A stretch of DNA of 64,000 nt from Candidatus Bathyarchaeota archaeon (GCA_030739585.1 JASLYX010000003.1:147633-211632); one strand, 5' to 3'; shown: positions 51,279-61,774, counted from the first letter of the stretch. A program made the numbers and translations. The notes: generated by a model not told the origin, from the sequence alone.

Positions 51279-51479
51279 GTGCTCCCCTATTCCGGGTACT
51301 GCGACTGTAGCGACTTCTATTTCAGAGTTGTTGATGGGGAGGCTGGACTCTGCTACCACCTCCTAGCGCAGAGACTCTCAGAAGCCCTCAATGAGTATGA
51401 GGAGATCCGGGAAGATGATGAAGTGTATGAGCCTCTCATGGAGGATTGGCGTCGCCTCTCAGCGGATCAAGCATCGTAA
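51279..51479 (+). CDS. SWIM-type zinc-finger small protein; upstream in-frame sequence lacks a start codon
   Basis: YCDCSDFYF…GLCYHLL fits CxCxnCxH. The frame is open back to 51024 with protein-like sequence but no ATG, GTG or TTG. Confidence 0.35.
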   Translation: MLPYSGYCDCSDFYFRVVDGEAGLCYHLLAQRLSEALNEYEEIREDDEVYEPLMEDWRRLSADQAS

Positions 51480-51680
51480 GTGACAGCTTAAATATGGGTC
51501 ATGTTGTGATCTCTTCGAAGCATGACGTCCCCTGCCTTCTTCAACTTCCTACAGCAAATGTCCATACTCCTGGGCGTGATCACCCTAGGTCTGGGATTCC
51601 TCCATCTCTTTATCCAAAAAGATGAAGATTAGCGTAGCAATTTTATTCCTAAATCGCAGAAGGATGAGATAGGTGTCGTA

Positions 51681-53192
51681 TTGTCAAGTGTAGAAGAGAT
51701 CATAAAAAGGATACTGGCCTTGAGGCCCAACCTAACTAGGGAGGCTGTAGAGAGACTTATTGATGAGGAGCGAGCAAAGGCTGCAGGGCTCCTCACCGAA
51801 GAGGCCGCTACCCACCTTGTAGCCTCAAACCTGGGTCTTGATGGTGCCGGGGAGCGCATCGAGGCTAAGGTGAAGATAGGTGATCTCACTACTGGGCTCA
51901 GTGATGTCTCTATCACAGCAAGGGTGATTTTCATCTCCCTACCCCATACTTTCACCCGAACGGATGGAACAGAGGGAAAAGTCCTTAATATGCTCCTAGG
52001 GGACTCTACGGGCTCAGTAACTGCTGTTTTCTGGGACAACAAAGCGGACCAGGTCTCCGCGAGCAAAGTGGCCCCAGGAAAGATTGTCCGAGTTCTCCAT
52101 GGATACAGCCGCGAAAGGAGAGGAGAAATCCAGATAAACGTAGGAAATCGGGGGCAGATCTACATGGAGCCCTTGGACGCCGTAGAAAACGACTACCCGG
52201 ACCTAGAGAGCTTCTACAAGACCCCAGGGGAGATATTCAACCCGGGAACGGTGAACCTCATAGGAGTCATAATGGACAAGTCCCCAGTATCCAAATTCAA
52301 CAGGCAGGACGGCTCAGAGGGCCGGGTTGCCCGTGTCAGCCTTGAAGAAGGAGAGGGGAGGATCAATCTAGTCCTCTGGGACAATAAAGTAGATGAAATA
52401 AAAGGGCTGGAGCCCGGCACTAGGATTAGGGTTACCGGAGGGAACGCCAGAGAACGCCAGGATAGAAGCCTTGAGGTCCACAGTAATTATGGGACCATCC
52501 TAGAGGTCCTAGAGATAGGTACAATGCCTGTGAATCCCGTCCCCAAGTGGACCAAGATCGGGAACCTTAGAACGGGGATGAACAACGTCAACACCGTAGG
52601 CAGGATCACCAACATCGGTAGTATACGAGAGTTCAACAGACGAGACGGGGGCTCTGGAAGGGTCATTTCGGTCCTCCTCGAGGATGAAACCGGCAACGTG
52701 AGACTCAGTCTCTGGGATGACGACGTTAAGATGGTTGACGACATAAAGCCCAGCACTATCATCTCTATAGAGAACGGCTACACTCGGCTCAGCCTTGGGG
52801 ATATAGGGCTAAATATAGGCCAGAGAGGTAAACTCCAGATCAACCCTAAAGATATCAAGATCGCTGAGTCAAACCTAGATACCAAGATTGTCCCCCTCGG
52901 GGAACTAAGGGAGGGCCAGACTAATATTCATGTCCGGGGCACCGTCTTGGAGCCCCCCGAGGTTAGGGAGGTTGAGACATCTCGGGGCCCTGCCACTGTT
53001 GCATCTTTCCGCATTGATGACGGCACCGGAGAGGTCCGAGTCTCATTTTGGAGGGACCTAGTGGACCAAGTAGAGGGTTTATCCGGGGGGACCCAAGTCC
53101 GGATAGAGAACTGCAATATCCGAGAGCCCTTCGACGGGCTTCTGCAGGTTAGCTCCGGGATGTTTACCCGGATCGTAGTGGAAAAGAAGTAA
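51681..53192 (+). CDS. rpa: replication protein A (ssDNA-binding) with four OB folds
   Basis: Four repeats, each carrying G(N/E)V(R/T)…(F/L)W(D/R)…V(D/K) (e.g. GSVTAVFWDNKADQV, GRINLVLWDNKVDEI, GNVRLSLWDDDVKMV, GEVRVSFWRDLVDQV). Confidence 0.85.
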   Translation: MSSVEEIIKRILALRPNLTREAVERLIDEERAKAAGLLTEEAATHLVASNLGLDGAGERIEAKVKIGDLTTGLSDVSITARVIFISLPHTFTRTDGTEGKVLNMLLGDSTGSVTAVFWDNKADQVSASKVAPGKIVRVLHGYSRERRGEIQINVGNRGQIYMEPLDAVENDYPDLESFYKTPGEIFNPGTVNLIGVIMDKSPVSKFNRQDGSEGRVARVSLEEGEGRINLVLWDNKVDEIKGLEPGTRIRVTGGNARERQDRSLEVHSNYGTILEVLEIGTMPVNPVPKWTKIGNLRTGMNNVNTVGRITNIGSIREFNRRDGGSGRVISVLLEDETGNVRLSLWDDDVKMVDDIKPSTIISIENGYTRLSLGDIGLNIGQRGKLQINPKDIKIAESNLDTKIVPLGELREGQTNIHVRGTVLEPPEVREVETSRGPATVASFRIDDGTGEVRVSFWRDLVDQVEGLSGGTQVRIENCNIREPFDGLLQVSSGMFTRIVVEKK

Positions 53193-53250
53193 GAAAAAAA
53201 CTTAGTCCAGTCACAATATATGCGGGGACTCTGAACCCTCAAAGCTATGT

Positions 53251-53616
53251 TCAATCATCACTTTGGTCTCCCTCTAGCGCCTCTATTTGAGTATGTTGTT
53301 CTCTCAAGTAAACGCTCGCATATGAGGGCTGGGCGATCCGGATCTCTATGGTGGAAACAAACCGCTCTTTTCCTTCCTCTCCAATGTGCTTATCCGTTCC
53401 TATCTCAATCTTATCAACCTCAAGATCCTTTAGAAAGACACTCTGAAGCATGTTGATGGCGTCCACGGCTTTAGTGATATGCCGCCCCCTCGCCCTCAAG
53501 ATAACATGTTCTGTGCCTGCGTTGAATAAGGTCATACAAGCAACCACGTAGTTCATGATGGGCTTAAGCCCAACGACAACGAAATCCCTAGAAGATTTGA
53601 GAGGTGAGTTGTTCAT
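53251..53616 (-). CDS. albA: Alba chromatin/RNA-binding protein
   Basis: VVVGLKPIMNYVVACMTLF…ILRARGRHITKAVDA…IEIGT matches Alba/Sso10b. Extra acidic C-terminal tail. Confidence 0.85.
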   Translation of the reverse strand: MNNSPLKSSRDFVVVGLKPIMNYVVACMTLFNAGTEHVILRARGRHITKAVDAINMLQSVFLKDLEVDKIEIGTDKHIGEEGKERFVSTIEIRIAQPSYASVYLREQHTQIEALEGDQSDD

Positions 53617-54043
53617 TTCTTATTTTCTATAAAGCTCTCCCTTATTAAAATTCTACATCCAGTGCACCACGAAAGTGCCTATCAAAAACAGTCGAAGATT
53701 TATGAAGGGCTGCTTTCCCCGATGAATAAAGAAAATCGCCACAAGTTCTCTATCTACTAAGGGTAATGCTACGCTCAGCAAGCCAAAATGGAGACCAGAG
53801 TGTGGATTCAACCTAATATCAAGTGTAAATATCATGAGGGTCCTAGGCCTGAAAATAATAAAATCCCTAAGAAAAGAATATTATGGGAAAGAAAGGTACA
53901 AAAAAGGGAGCAGTAGACTCCAAGATACGCGCTGCGTTCAAAGAGGTCTATCTATGAAACCCTCTTCCCAGCAAATCAAATTATAGGCGTTAGTCTTTCA
54001 AGGGTTCATCAGGACAAAAGAAGTAGAAATACTATTACAGGGG

Positions 54044-54211
54044 TTAGAAAACTACATGGGCTACGATTACACTAAGGACGAGTAAAATAGCTCCCCCTAG
54101 AACGAACTCTGGCCTTATCTTTATGCCATATGCCTCGTCCTGAAAGAAGCGCATCAGTCCCGCACTAGAAGCAGGCATAGATGGAGTGCTCTCTTTTTTC
54201 TTCTTGCTCAT
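54044..54211 (-). CDS. secG: preprotein translocase subunit Sec61beta/SecG (55 aa; below ORF-track cutoff)
   Basis: MSKKKKESTPSMPASSAGLMRFFQDEAYGIKIRPEFVLGGAILLVLSVIVAHVVF: basic N-terminus, SAGLMRFF motif, single C-terminal TM. Confidence 0.6.
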   Translation of the reverse strand: MSKKKKESTPSMPASSAGLMRFFQDEAYGIKIRPEFVLGGAILLVLSVIVAHVVF

Positions 54212-54272
54212 TTAAGCATCTCTTTTCTTGAATGGAGACTAGGAGAAAAAGGTTTGGTTTAGTCTACTGTTA

Positions 54273-57200
54273 TTAACCTCTCATGAAATCTGTAAGACTG
54301 ATCTGTTTATCAAGCTGTTCCTTTACATCCTCTTCTTCACGGAAAAGTGATTGGAGCTCTTCGTTTACGAGGAACAGCCTATCGCTATAATAGCTATCTA
54401 AGTCAAACTGTTGTACGAGGTTCAGAGCGGGAGAAACGTATTTCTTAATGCCTCCTTTGTACACGGTGAGGCTTAGCTTGCCACCGCAGCGAAGGCATAC
54501 CCCTTTAAGTGGGACCCGCCGGTACTTCCGGTTGCAGCCCATGCAACGGAACTTCTGACTGGTGAAAGCCCTGAGGTTTCCGAAGATATCCTTCATGAAA
54601 TGACTTGTTATCACCTTGAGCGCGACGACCTCAGCGTCTACAGCCCAGATCTTTTCGCTTAGATCCAGCTGACTCTCTAGTTTTTCTAGCATAGACTTAA
54701 GGGTAGTATATGCCCCGAAATGAGCCCCTAGGTTGATATCACTGCAAACCTCGGTGTACTTCATGTCTTGGAATTGGCCGATCGACCCAATCCTGTCTCC
54801 GATAGTCTCGATAACGGCGGCATACTCTCTAGGGTTTGCACCCTGCTCGCAAAGCGAATAGAATTCAGGGGGATATGCAGACATTACATCGACATTGAGG
54901 GCTTCCTTATCTACCTCACTGGGGTTCAGCACGGGGATAACATAGAGAGGCGCATCCATGAGACCTCCGCTCTGCTCTGGGAGGAAGTCCCGGCTAAAGT
55001 TGAGAAGGGGATCCAACGCCAGCATAATACCGTCCTCGTCTCCGTCACAGTTACGGCGCTTTGCTGCATGCCATAGGGGATGTGCATAGCAAACTCGGGT
55101 TCTGGTATAACCGATAACACGTCCTATGATGGTAGCGCTGGTGTGGGGAGCAAGTCCATGGATGAGTTGCCCCACCATTTGGCCCCTTTCATTGATCTGG
55201 TAGTAGGGATCTACGCCGTAAAATAATGTAAGGAGGTCATCTATGAACTTCGAGGCCTTGACAAGATAGTCGCCGCAATCCTCTGGTAAAACGATGTCTT
55301 GGACCTTGAGCTCTAACATCTGATCGGCATTCTTCAAGGGATTCCCATGCATGTCATAGATATACCCGAGATTCCGGAGCTGCTCTATGTTACCTCCAAC
55401 CTCTGAGGGGGTAAAGTGGGTGAGAGGAACATCAGTGAGATCGTATCTTAATGTGCCATCCTTGAAGACTGAGAGATCATAACGAGCCCTGAGAAAACCT
55501 TTCTCAAGGGGCTCCGCAGTCTTATTCTTATTCATGAGTGCCTTTACACATTTGAATCGTGCCGGGAGCTGTTCTCCTAACTTGGCTCCAATCTTTTTCC
55601 AGGCTTGATCTAAAAGGCTCCTCAGGTCTAGGTCCGTTGAGTGACTGCAATTAGTTTCCACTTTGCAGACTGGGCAGACCATGGTATCAACTGCCCTCCC
55701 GCATCTAGGACATCTTTTTCGCGCAATAGCTGTCTCCCCGCAGACGTGGCAACAGACCCCGTAGCAAAGTGTCCCGCACTGGGAGCAGTAATTGGCAGAG
55801 ATTTGAATAGCGGTAGTCTGTCCCTTTTTAGTCTTTAAAATATTCCTTTGTGCACCCCCGGCACTACCGATGGGAAAGAGGCCATGAACATAGGGGGACA
55901 TTTTCCTTTCTTTTGCCTTCTCAGGGCGCCCCATCCTGGCACCCACATGAACAGGCGCCTTATCCCTGATGTCGATGTCTGAAAGGGCCCTAACAATCTC
56001 CAAGGGCGTCCCTTCCACTACGTCTATTTTTGATTCATATAATCTGAGAAGTTTTTCTAAAATTGGGGCGACCATGTCAAGGCCCACCATACTTCCAAAA
56101 TAGTCATGAGGTATCAGGAGCATTTCTAGGATTCTCTTAGTTTCGGGTTCTAACCTAAGTTCATAAGGGGCTTGGGATGGCCATGATTCCGCAAGGGCAT
56201 TTCGGAGCCTTAATAATTCTTCTCGAGTTACAGCATTCCATGTATAGGTATACCTCGGGTGGAGGGGTACTCCAAACTCTGTCAAGGTAATAGCTTCAAT
56301 GGGACTGGGTATTGTGTCTTTTTTCGCTATAAACGCTTCAAGTCTCGTGGTGCTAATCGGGGTTCCAAGACTGCTTTTGTTTATGGTGTGCCTCAGGTCT
56401 TGTACCCATTGGTTCTCGTCGTAACCCGACTTTAACAGTGTCTTATTGTTCTGGAGGAAATCTCCAACGTTAACTAGAACATCCCCGAGGAAAAGAATCT
56501 CCTCAATTCTCTCAAAAAGCCTGTTGGCTTCATTCTCGGTCTCTATGCGTACGACTGAGCCATCCTTGAGCTTGACAACGGGAGCTTCAATGGAGTCTAC
56601 TGGTGTAATAGCTGCAGATTTCCCAGGGAGCTCTATACGAAGCTGGACCCCGGTGCAGAGGAATCGGTTAAGGATGATCATAGTTGCTGGGTGAACTCCC
56701 ACAGCGGCAAGCCCTGTAGTCCTAGCGCGGCCGTACCTTAGCCTGAAGCCGCCAATTCTGTTTGGAAAAGAAAAGACGGGCCGGCCGACGATGATTTCCG
56801 CCATAAAGCTTGCCTCAGGCTTCTTCTTAGAGTTAATTTCTGCCGGTTTGTTTCCGATATTGACCAGCCAATCCCAACCCTCCAACCTGAGAGACTCGCA
56901 AATCCCATGTAGCTTCTTTGCCCGCCCCACGATGCCATCAATGACAACTATAAGGGCCCCGCCTCTGAGACGATTTGTTTCAATCCCAGGAATATCCCTA
57001 TAGTTGGAGACCTCGAAATGATCAGTGGAGACCCCAGTTGCCTCCACTGTGAGGCACCTGAGCGCGTAGTCCAGGTCGGCTTCGGTAACATGAAACTGAA
57101 ACCGCCTCACCCTCTGCCTGTAGAGTGTCACCTCTTCAATGAACCTGCCTATAGTGTCATCTGATGGTTTAAACCTGTCAAGGCCCAGCATCCGTCTAAC

Positions 57201-57674
57201 ATAATCGGCAACTACAAGGGTTAGGGCTTGGGCGGTACCTCCTGCTGGTCGAATGGGCCCCGCAAAATATACTGCGAGATAGCTCGTCTTGTCAGAGTTC
57301 TGTTTTATTTTTATTTCTGGGATGCCTTGAATAGGGGCTACAGTGACCCCCTCGGTCACAATGGCGAGGGCCGTTCGAACCGCCTGGTCAGCCGCGTCTA
57401 TTGCTTCGAGCCTCCCAAATCGTCCTTCCACGATTTCACCTGCGATTTTAAAGGCCATGGCACGACGGTCCATACCCTCGAGCTCGCGCATTCTGTCCCT
57501 GATGCCTGAAGGACCAATGAGCTTTTCAATGCGCTCAGCGATATCATGAGTGATCTGAGGTTCGGGCTCAAGGCTAGGGTCTAGACCATTCCTTTTTGCA
57601 TTACGAGCTACATCGTATAGATCGTTAAGCCCGTCTACTAAGGAGTCAAAATATTCCGCGGCTTCGGAGGACAT
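54273..57674 (-). CDS. DNA polymerase II (PolD) large subunit DP2
   Basis: ~1134 aa with the characteristic Zn-finger clusters (CSQCGTLCYGVCCHVCG; CPRCGRAVDTMVCPVCK; CMGCNRKY…CLRCGGK) and DP2 catalytic region. Start placed at MSSEAAEYF. The ORF track extends to 57851. Confidence 0.9.
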   Translation of the reverse strand: MSSEAAEYFDSLVDGLNDLYDVARNAKRNGLDPSLEPEPQITHDIAERIEKLIGPSGIRDRMRELEGMDRRAMAFKIAGEIVEGRFGRLEAIDAADQAVRTALAIVTEGVTVAPIQGIPEIKIKQNSDKTSYLAVYFAGPIRPAGGTAQALTLVVADYVRRMLGLDRFKPSDDTIGRFIEEVTLYRQRVRRFQFHVTEADLDYALRCLTVEATGVSTDHFEVSNYRDIPGIETNRLRGGALIVVIDGIVGRAKKLHGICESLRLEGWDWLVNIGNKPAEINSKKKPEASFMAEIIVGRPVFSFPNRIGGFRLRYGRARTTGLAAVGVHPATMIILNRFLCTGVQLRIELPGKSAAITPVDSIEAPVVKLKDGSVVRIETENEANRLFERIEEILFLGDVLVNVGDFLQNNKTLLKSGYDENQWVQDLRHTINKSSLGTPISTTRLEAFIAKKDTIPSPIEAITLTEFGVPLHPRYTYTWNAVTREELLRLRNALAESWPSQAPYELRLEPETKRILEMLLIPHDYFGSMVGLDMVAPILEKLLRLYESKIDVVEGTPLEIVRALSDIDIRDKAPVHVGARMGRPEKAKERKMSPYVHGLFPIGSAGGAQRNILKTKKGQTTAIQISANYCSQCGTLCYGVCCHVCGETAIARKRCPRCGRAVDTMVCPVCKVETNCSHSTDLDLRSLLDQAWKKIGAKLGEQLPARFKCVKALMNKNKTAEPLEKGFLRARYDLSVFKDGTLRYDLTDVPLTHFTPSEVGGNIEQLRNLGYIYDMHGNPLKNADQMLELKVQDIVLPEDCGDYLVKASKFIDDLLTLFYGVDPYYQINERGQMVGQLIHGLAPHTSATIIGRVIGYTRTRVCYAHPLWHAAKRRNCDGDEDGIMLALDPLLNFSRDFLPEQSGGLMDAPLYVIPVLNPSEVDKEALNVDVMSAYPPEFYSLCEQGANPREYAAVIETIGDRIGSIGQFQDMKYTEVCSDINLGAHFGAYTTLKSMLEKLESQLDLSEKIWAVDAEVVALKVITSHFMKDIFGNLRAFTSQKFRCMGCNRKYRRVPLKGVCLRCGGKLSLTVYKGGIKKYVSPALNLVQQFDLDSYYSDRLFLVNEELQSLFREEEDVKEQLDKQISLTDFMRG

Positions 57675-58021
57675 TGAGATTTTTGTCAATGTAGACTCTC
57701 CGCTATTCGGGGCTATGGATTCTGCAGAGCATGATAGTGGGCCACTTTTCAAGCTCCCGGCCTGTCGATGAAATATAAGCCTCAGACGCGATCCCGCTTC
57801 TCTTCCCGACGCACTCCTTGCAGCGAACATGGCGCACGTCTGATGGACCATCGCAACTCCCGCAGTTCAATAAGAGCGTGTTCCCAAGCCCCCTGAGGGG
57901 GGTCCAAGAGTACTCATTTTCTTCGTAAACTGGTTCAAAATCGGGCCAAACGTCATATAACCGGGGCTTCAGAAGGACCTTTTTAAGTGCATTAAAGAAG
58001 CTCTCGAATGAGGTCAGAGTA

Positions 58022-58795
58022 TCACCTAAACTCTATACTAGACACTATCTCGTTTATGCTTTCCCTGACTAGCCTATTCTCTTCAACTAGATTTCCTGTA
58101 ACAATAATGTCAGCACCCGCATCAACGGCCTTTTTAGCCATAGATGCGTTTCTAATTCCCCCCCCAACAATAAGAGGCACGTCTAGTTGGTTCTTCACAA
58201 CTTTTATCATAGTGGAAGGGACAGGAGCCTTAGCCCCCGACCCTGCCTCAAGGTATATGAAACGGGTACCAAGCATCTGGGATGCAAGGGCGTATGCAGT
58301 TGCCAATTCTGGGCGGTCATATGGAATGCCTCTTGCTTGGCCAATGTAACCAACGGTGCCTCCTGGCCCAATGATAATGTAACCCAATGGTATCGCCTCC
58401 AATCCATAACTTTTCACGGTATATGCCGCCATCGCTTGGGCATCTATAACATAATATGTGAGCCTTGAATTAAGAAGGGACATAAACCAAATAGCATCTG
58501 CATACTTGCTTATTCCCGTGATGTCGTTAGGGAATAGGATTATAGGAATATCTACTTTAGCTTTGATTTTCTTGATTCCAACATCGAGATCATACTTAGA
58601 GATTAGAGTCGATCCACCCACCATTAGCGCAAATGTTCCACCTTTTTTCGCCTCAGAGGCAATCTCTACGCTTTTCTTAGAGCCTATTTTTTGGGGGTCC
58701 AACAGTGTCATGTGGATAGCCCCCTTATCAATTATTGCTTCTTTAATTTGATTTTCAACAGAATCAAGCAATCTCCTCTTCCTCCTGGCTCCCAT
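58022..58795 (-). CDS. geranylgeranylglyceryl phosphate synthase (PcrB/GGGPS family)
   Basis: AIHMTLLDPQK…LMVGGST…IVGGGIR… (TIM-barrel GGGPS motifs). Confidence 0.8.
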   Translation of the reverse strand: MGARRKRRLLDSVENQIKEAIIDKGAIHMTLLDPQKIGSKKSVEIASEAKKGGTFALMVGGSTLISKYDLDVGIKKIKAKVDIPIILFPNDITGISKYADAIWFMSLLNSRLTYYVIDAQAMAAYTVKSYGLEAIPLGYIIIGPGGTVGYIGQARGIPYDRPELATAYALASQMLGTRFIYLEAGSGAKAPVPSTMIKVVKNQLDVPLIVGGGIRNASMAKKAVDAGADIIVTGNLVEENRLVRESINEIVSSIEFR

Positions 58796-59021
58796 GAGTA
58801 TAATATTGGTCTATGAAAGTACAGTAGGCATCTACGGACATTAAGTTTCTAGTGGCGGCGAAGCTTGTCCTGAGGGAGCAATTACTGCAGATCACTGTAG
58901 CTTTGCTCTCGGCCTTATTGATGCTTGCCTTCACAGTATTTTTGCCACATCGAGGACATAGAAAGAGCTCTGGTAAGGCCCTCCGAATGTATTTTGTTAC
59001 CTGTTTTTTTCTGCGTCCCAT
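58764..59021 (-). CDS. transcription elongation factor Elf1-like Zn-ribbon protein
   Basis: MGRRKKQ… basic N-terminus, CPRCG…CSNC zinc ribbon, …VDAYCTFID… and acidic tail. Matches eukaryotic/archaeal Elf1 (DUF701) layout. Confidence 0.7.
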   Translation of the reverse strand: MGRRKKQVTKYIRRALPELFLCPRCGKNTVKASINKAESKATVICSNCSLRTSFAATRNLMSVDAYCTFIDQYYTHGSQEEEEIA

Positions 59022-59050
59022 TACAGTTTCACCATTGAGATTTTAGATCA

Positions 59051-59854
59051 TCAGGTGAGGGAAGATAGTCTTAAGATTAACGGGAGATGACGCTTATGCT
59101 CATTTGTTTTTACCCGGTTAAGAATACTCTTAACTACTTCTAAATCCGCACCAGTTCGTAAGGAAATATCTTGCGAGGTATAGCCGTTCTTATAGTCTAA
59201 CAAGATCATATCGATGGTATCATAGGTTGCTCCCATTTCTTTTTCATCAGACTGCCCAGGCCAAAGTCCAGCACTTGGGGTTTTATTTATGATCTTGGGG
59301 GGTATTCCCATGTATTTCGCTAGTTGCTTTATCTGACCCTTAAAAAGGTCTCCAAAAGGCATCAAATCAACCCCCCCATCCCCATATTTTGTAAAATAAC
59401 CGGTCAAAAGCTCTGTTTTATTAGAACTTCCAACAACCATCATTCTTAGGGTATTTGCGTAATGGTAGGAAATTAACATCCGAATCCGTGGTCTAATATT
59501 GCCTGTAGATAATTTATCACATTTATTGTGATAAGGAAGGGTTTTACTTATGGAGTCTAGGATAGGCGTGATATCTACGATGTCACATGTTACATCATAA
59601 AGTTGCGTAAGATGAATCACATCCGTGATATCACGTTCAGATGTGATGTCACGTTCAGGCATAGTAATTGCATGTACACGTTTAGGTCCTAAGGCTTTTG
59701 CTAAATAGGAAAGTGTAAGTGCTGAATCAATTCCGCCACTTACTGCGATTATAGCTCCATTTAATCCGGATTTATGTACTTGATATGAAATAAACTTGGT
59801 AATTTTAGACGAAATTTCTATAGGGTCTATATTTAGGGATTCAGTACCAAACAT
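59051..59854 (-). CDS. nadE: NH3-dependent NAD+ synthetase (PP-loop ATP pyrophosphatase)
   Basis: AIIAVSGGIDSALT (SGGxDS PP-loop) and overall NadE layout. Contains an in-frame 15-bp tandem duplication (ERDIT-SERDIT). Confidence 0.9.
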   Translation of the reverse strand: MFGTESLNIDPIEISSKITKFISYQVHKSGLNGAIIAVSGGIDSALTLSYLAKALGPKRVHAITMPERDITSERDITDVIHLTQLYDVTCDIVDITPILDSISKTLPYHNKCDKLSTGNIRPRIRMLISYHYANTLRMMVVGSSNKTELLTGYFTKYGDGGVDLMPFGDLFKGQIKQLAKYMGIPPKIINKTPSAGLWPGQSDEKEMGATYDTIDMILLDYKNGYTSQDISLRTGADLEVVKSILNRVKTNEHKRHLPLILRLSSLT

Positions 59855-60100
59855 GTTTTGTATTAATGTTTATTATGTAAAAAGATTCTGATTAGGTCTA
59901 AATTACATTAAAATGTAAAGTATCGTTATTTTATTTGTAGTATTTATCATTTTGGAGATTAAATATAAAAAAACCTTAAGGACAAAAAGACTAATATGAC
60001 TTTTGAAATTGTATACACTTTTGTATACCAGGTATCTATAATTTAGGATGTAAAGTTATGAGGTATAGAGGTGTAAAATATTTTTAACCAGGTTCAAAAA

Positions 60101-60535
60101 ATGATTAATAATATAAATAGAAATCCTATTATTTCTATTTTATTAAAAAACAGTAATTTAACTAATATACAATTCGAAAGCATTCTAATTGACCATTATT
60201 CGGAAAATATGAGCTCTAATCATATTAATTATGATAATAAGGCACTTTTAAGGTCAAAAAAGGTAAGTAGGGGATCATTTGGCCGTACTTTGAATCAGGG
60301 ACGAAAAAATATAATTTCGTCTATTTATACAATAATCTTGTTAAGTTATATTGGAATATATGATACATACCCTTTTGAAGATTACAAAAATATCGCAGAT
60401 AAATTAAGTGAATATACTTCATTTATTGAAAAATCTAATAATTCAAATTTAAATTTAAGATTAAAAAAATTAGAACTTGAATTAATGAAGGGTTTAGAGT
60501 CTTTGGCTAACCCTAAAAACCTCAAAAGTTTGTGA
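60101..60535 (+). CDS. hypothetical protein (Asn/Ile/Lys-rich), in AT-rich islet
   Basis: 144-aa ORF in <30% GC DNA. Its stop codon lies inside the TGTGATATCACA palindrome. Confidence 0.3.
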   Translation: MINNINRNPIISILLKNSNLTNIQFESILIDHYSENMSSNHINYDNKALLRSKKVSRGSFGRTLNQGRKNIISSIYTIILLSYIGIYDTYPFEDYKNIADKLSEYTSFIEKSNNSNLNLRLKKLELELMKGLESLANPKNLKSL

Positions 60536-60542
60536 TATCACA
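60531..60542. promoter_or_regulatory. perfect 12-bp palindrome TGTGATATCACA (candidate operator); related half-sites cluster at 60793-60852
   Basis: Read directly. Additional GTGTGATATCAT, GGATATCACACC, AAATCACAT and ACATGTGATT copies upstream of the wHTH regulator gene. Confidence 0.3.
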
Positions 60543-61108
60543 ATAAATCACACAAGTTAAAAATCTACTCTAACAAATTTATTGATGAATAAATAGATCG
60601 GGTTAAAATAAAGCTGTTTTCTGAATAATTCTTAGTTATATAGTCATAATTGTCTATAATTGATAAAAAAGGCCTTTTTATTCAATAATTTGGAAAAGAG
60701 AAGATAAATATTAATTTGATGTATAAATTTTAGGGGATTTTATATTTATCGGCAAAAAAAACATTTACTTTTCAAAATTTTTTTTATATTAGTGTGATAT
60801 CATATGATTTCCTGGATATCACACCAAATCACATAGAAGTTACATGTGATTTTTCAATAATTCATTTTTATTAACAATCAAAGTACCTCAATTATAACTA
60901 AAATATTTTAACAAAATTCTCTCTCCTATTAAGAATAACCGTTAAGAACTTGAATCCTAACAAATAGTTGATATTCTTATATGATAATAATAACTTTTTT
61001 TTATTAATATTCTTATATTATGTTATTTTTATATCATAAGAATAAAAACAATCATATACATCATCATCAATTTCTGTTATTGTCAACCTTATTATTTGGG
61101 AATAAAAA

Positions 61109-61774
61109 ATGGAATTATTTTTTGCAACCTTAATGCTTTTTACAGTAACTTTTTTTGCATCTTTTATTTATTATCAAAAGATCCGTCTAGCTCATGAGGA
61201 ATATACTAAATCTAAATTAATAGTAAAAGGAATAACTAACGGCTACAATAAGCAGGTCTCTAGGTTAAGTAAAGCTATTTCTGGTATGAAGGGCGAAGCA
61301 TCAGAAACTTATGATGTAGCTCTTCAAGCCTTAAACATGAGCAGGAAGGCCATAGCGGCTTCTATATCAGGCGAAGCTGAAAGAAAAATCTTAACTAATA
61401 TGTTCGAAGATACGAAAAATACAATAAATGACCTTAGAAAAGAGGTTCAGGTGATTTCGAAAAGACCAGTATCTATGTTGCCGGCTTCAATAGATGCGCC
61501 CATACCCCTTCAACAGAAGGATGTCCTAGATCAACTTACCCCAACGGAATTTGAAGTGCTTATTTTAATTGATGAATTGGCGGAGGGGTCTGTTCCGGAG
61601 ATCCGCAAAAGAATCAAAAAGACCCGAGAACATACTGCAAGAGTTTTAAAGAAATTATTTGATAAAGGTTTCATTGACAGGAATAGCAATAGCATGCCCT
61701 ACAGATATTACCTTAGGAAAGAAATAATGGAGCTTGTAAAAAATTATAATTCTCGAAACGAGATGAACCTTTAA
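61109..61774 (+). CDS. membrane-anchored winged-helix transcriptional regulator
   Basis: N-terminal TM (LFFATLMLFTVTFFASFIYY). C-terminal LTPTEFEVLILIDELAEGSVPEIRKRIKKTREHTARVLKKLFDKGFIDR resembles a TrmB/MarR-type wHTH. Confidence 0.45.
   Translation: MELFFATLMLFTVTFFASFIYYQKIRLAHEEYTKSKLIVKGITNGYNKQVSRLSKAISGMKGEASETYDVALQALNMSRKAIAASISGEAERKILTNMFEDTKNTINDLRKEVQVISKRPVSMLPASIDAPIPLQQKDVLDQLTPTEFEVLILIDELAEGSVPEIRKRIKKTREHTARVLKKLFDKGFIDRNSNSMPYRYYLRKEIMELVKNYNSRNEMNL

Noticed and set aside
53860-53935. 24-aa + strand ORF MGKKGTKKGAVDSKIRAAFKEVYL
   Set aside because: Too short and unsupported. May simply be promoter-region DNA for the Alba gene.
54768-57549. Several 60-100-aa ORFs on the + strand inside the PolD DP2 gene
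   Set aside because: Antisense to a conserved 3.4-kb CDS and low-complexity.
54273-57851. Possible intein in PolD large subunit
   Set aside because: Length (~1134 aa from MSSEAAEYF) is normal for intein-free DP2. No Hint/endonuclease block seen.
59560-59660. Short direct repeats that could suggest a CRISPR array
   Set aside because: Only two 15-bp copies, in-frame within nadE. No repeat-spacer periodicity anywhere in the window.
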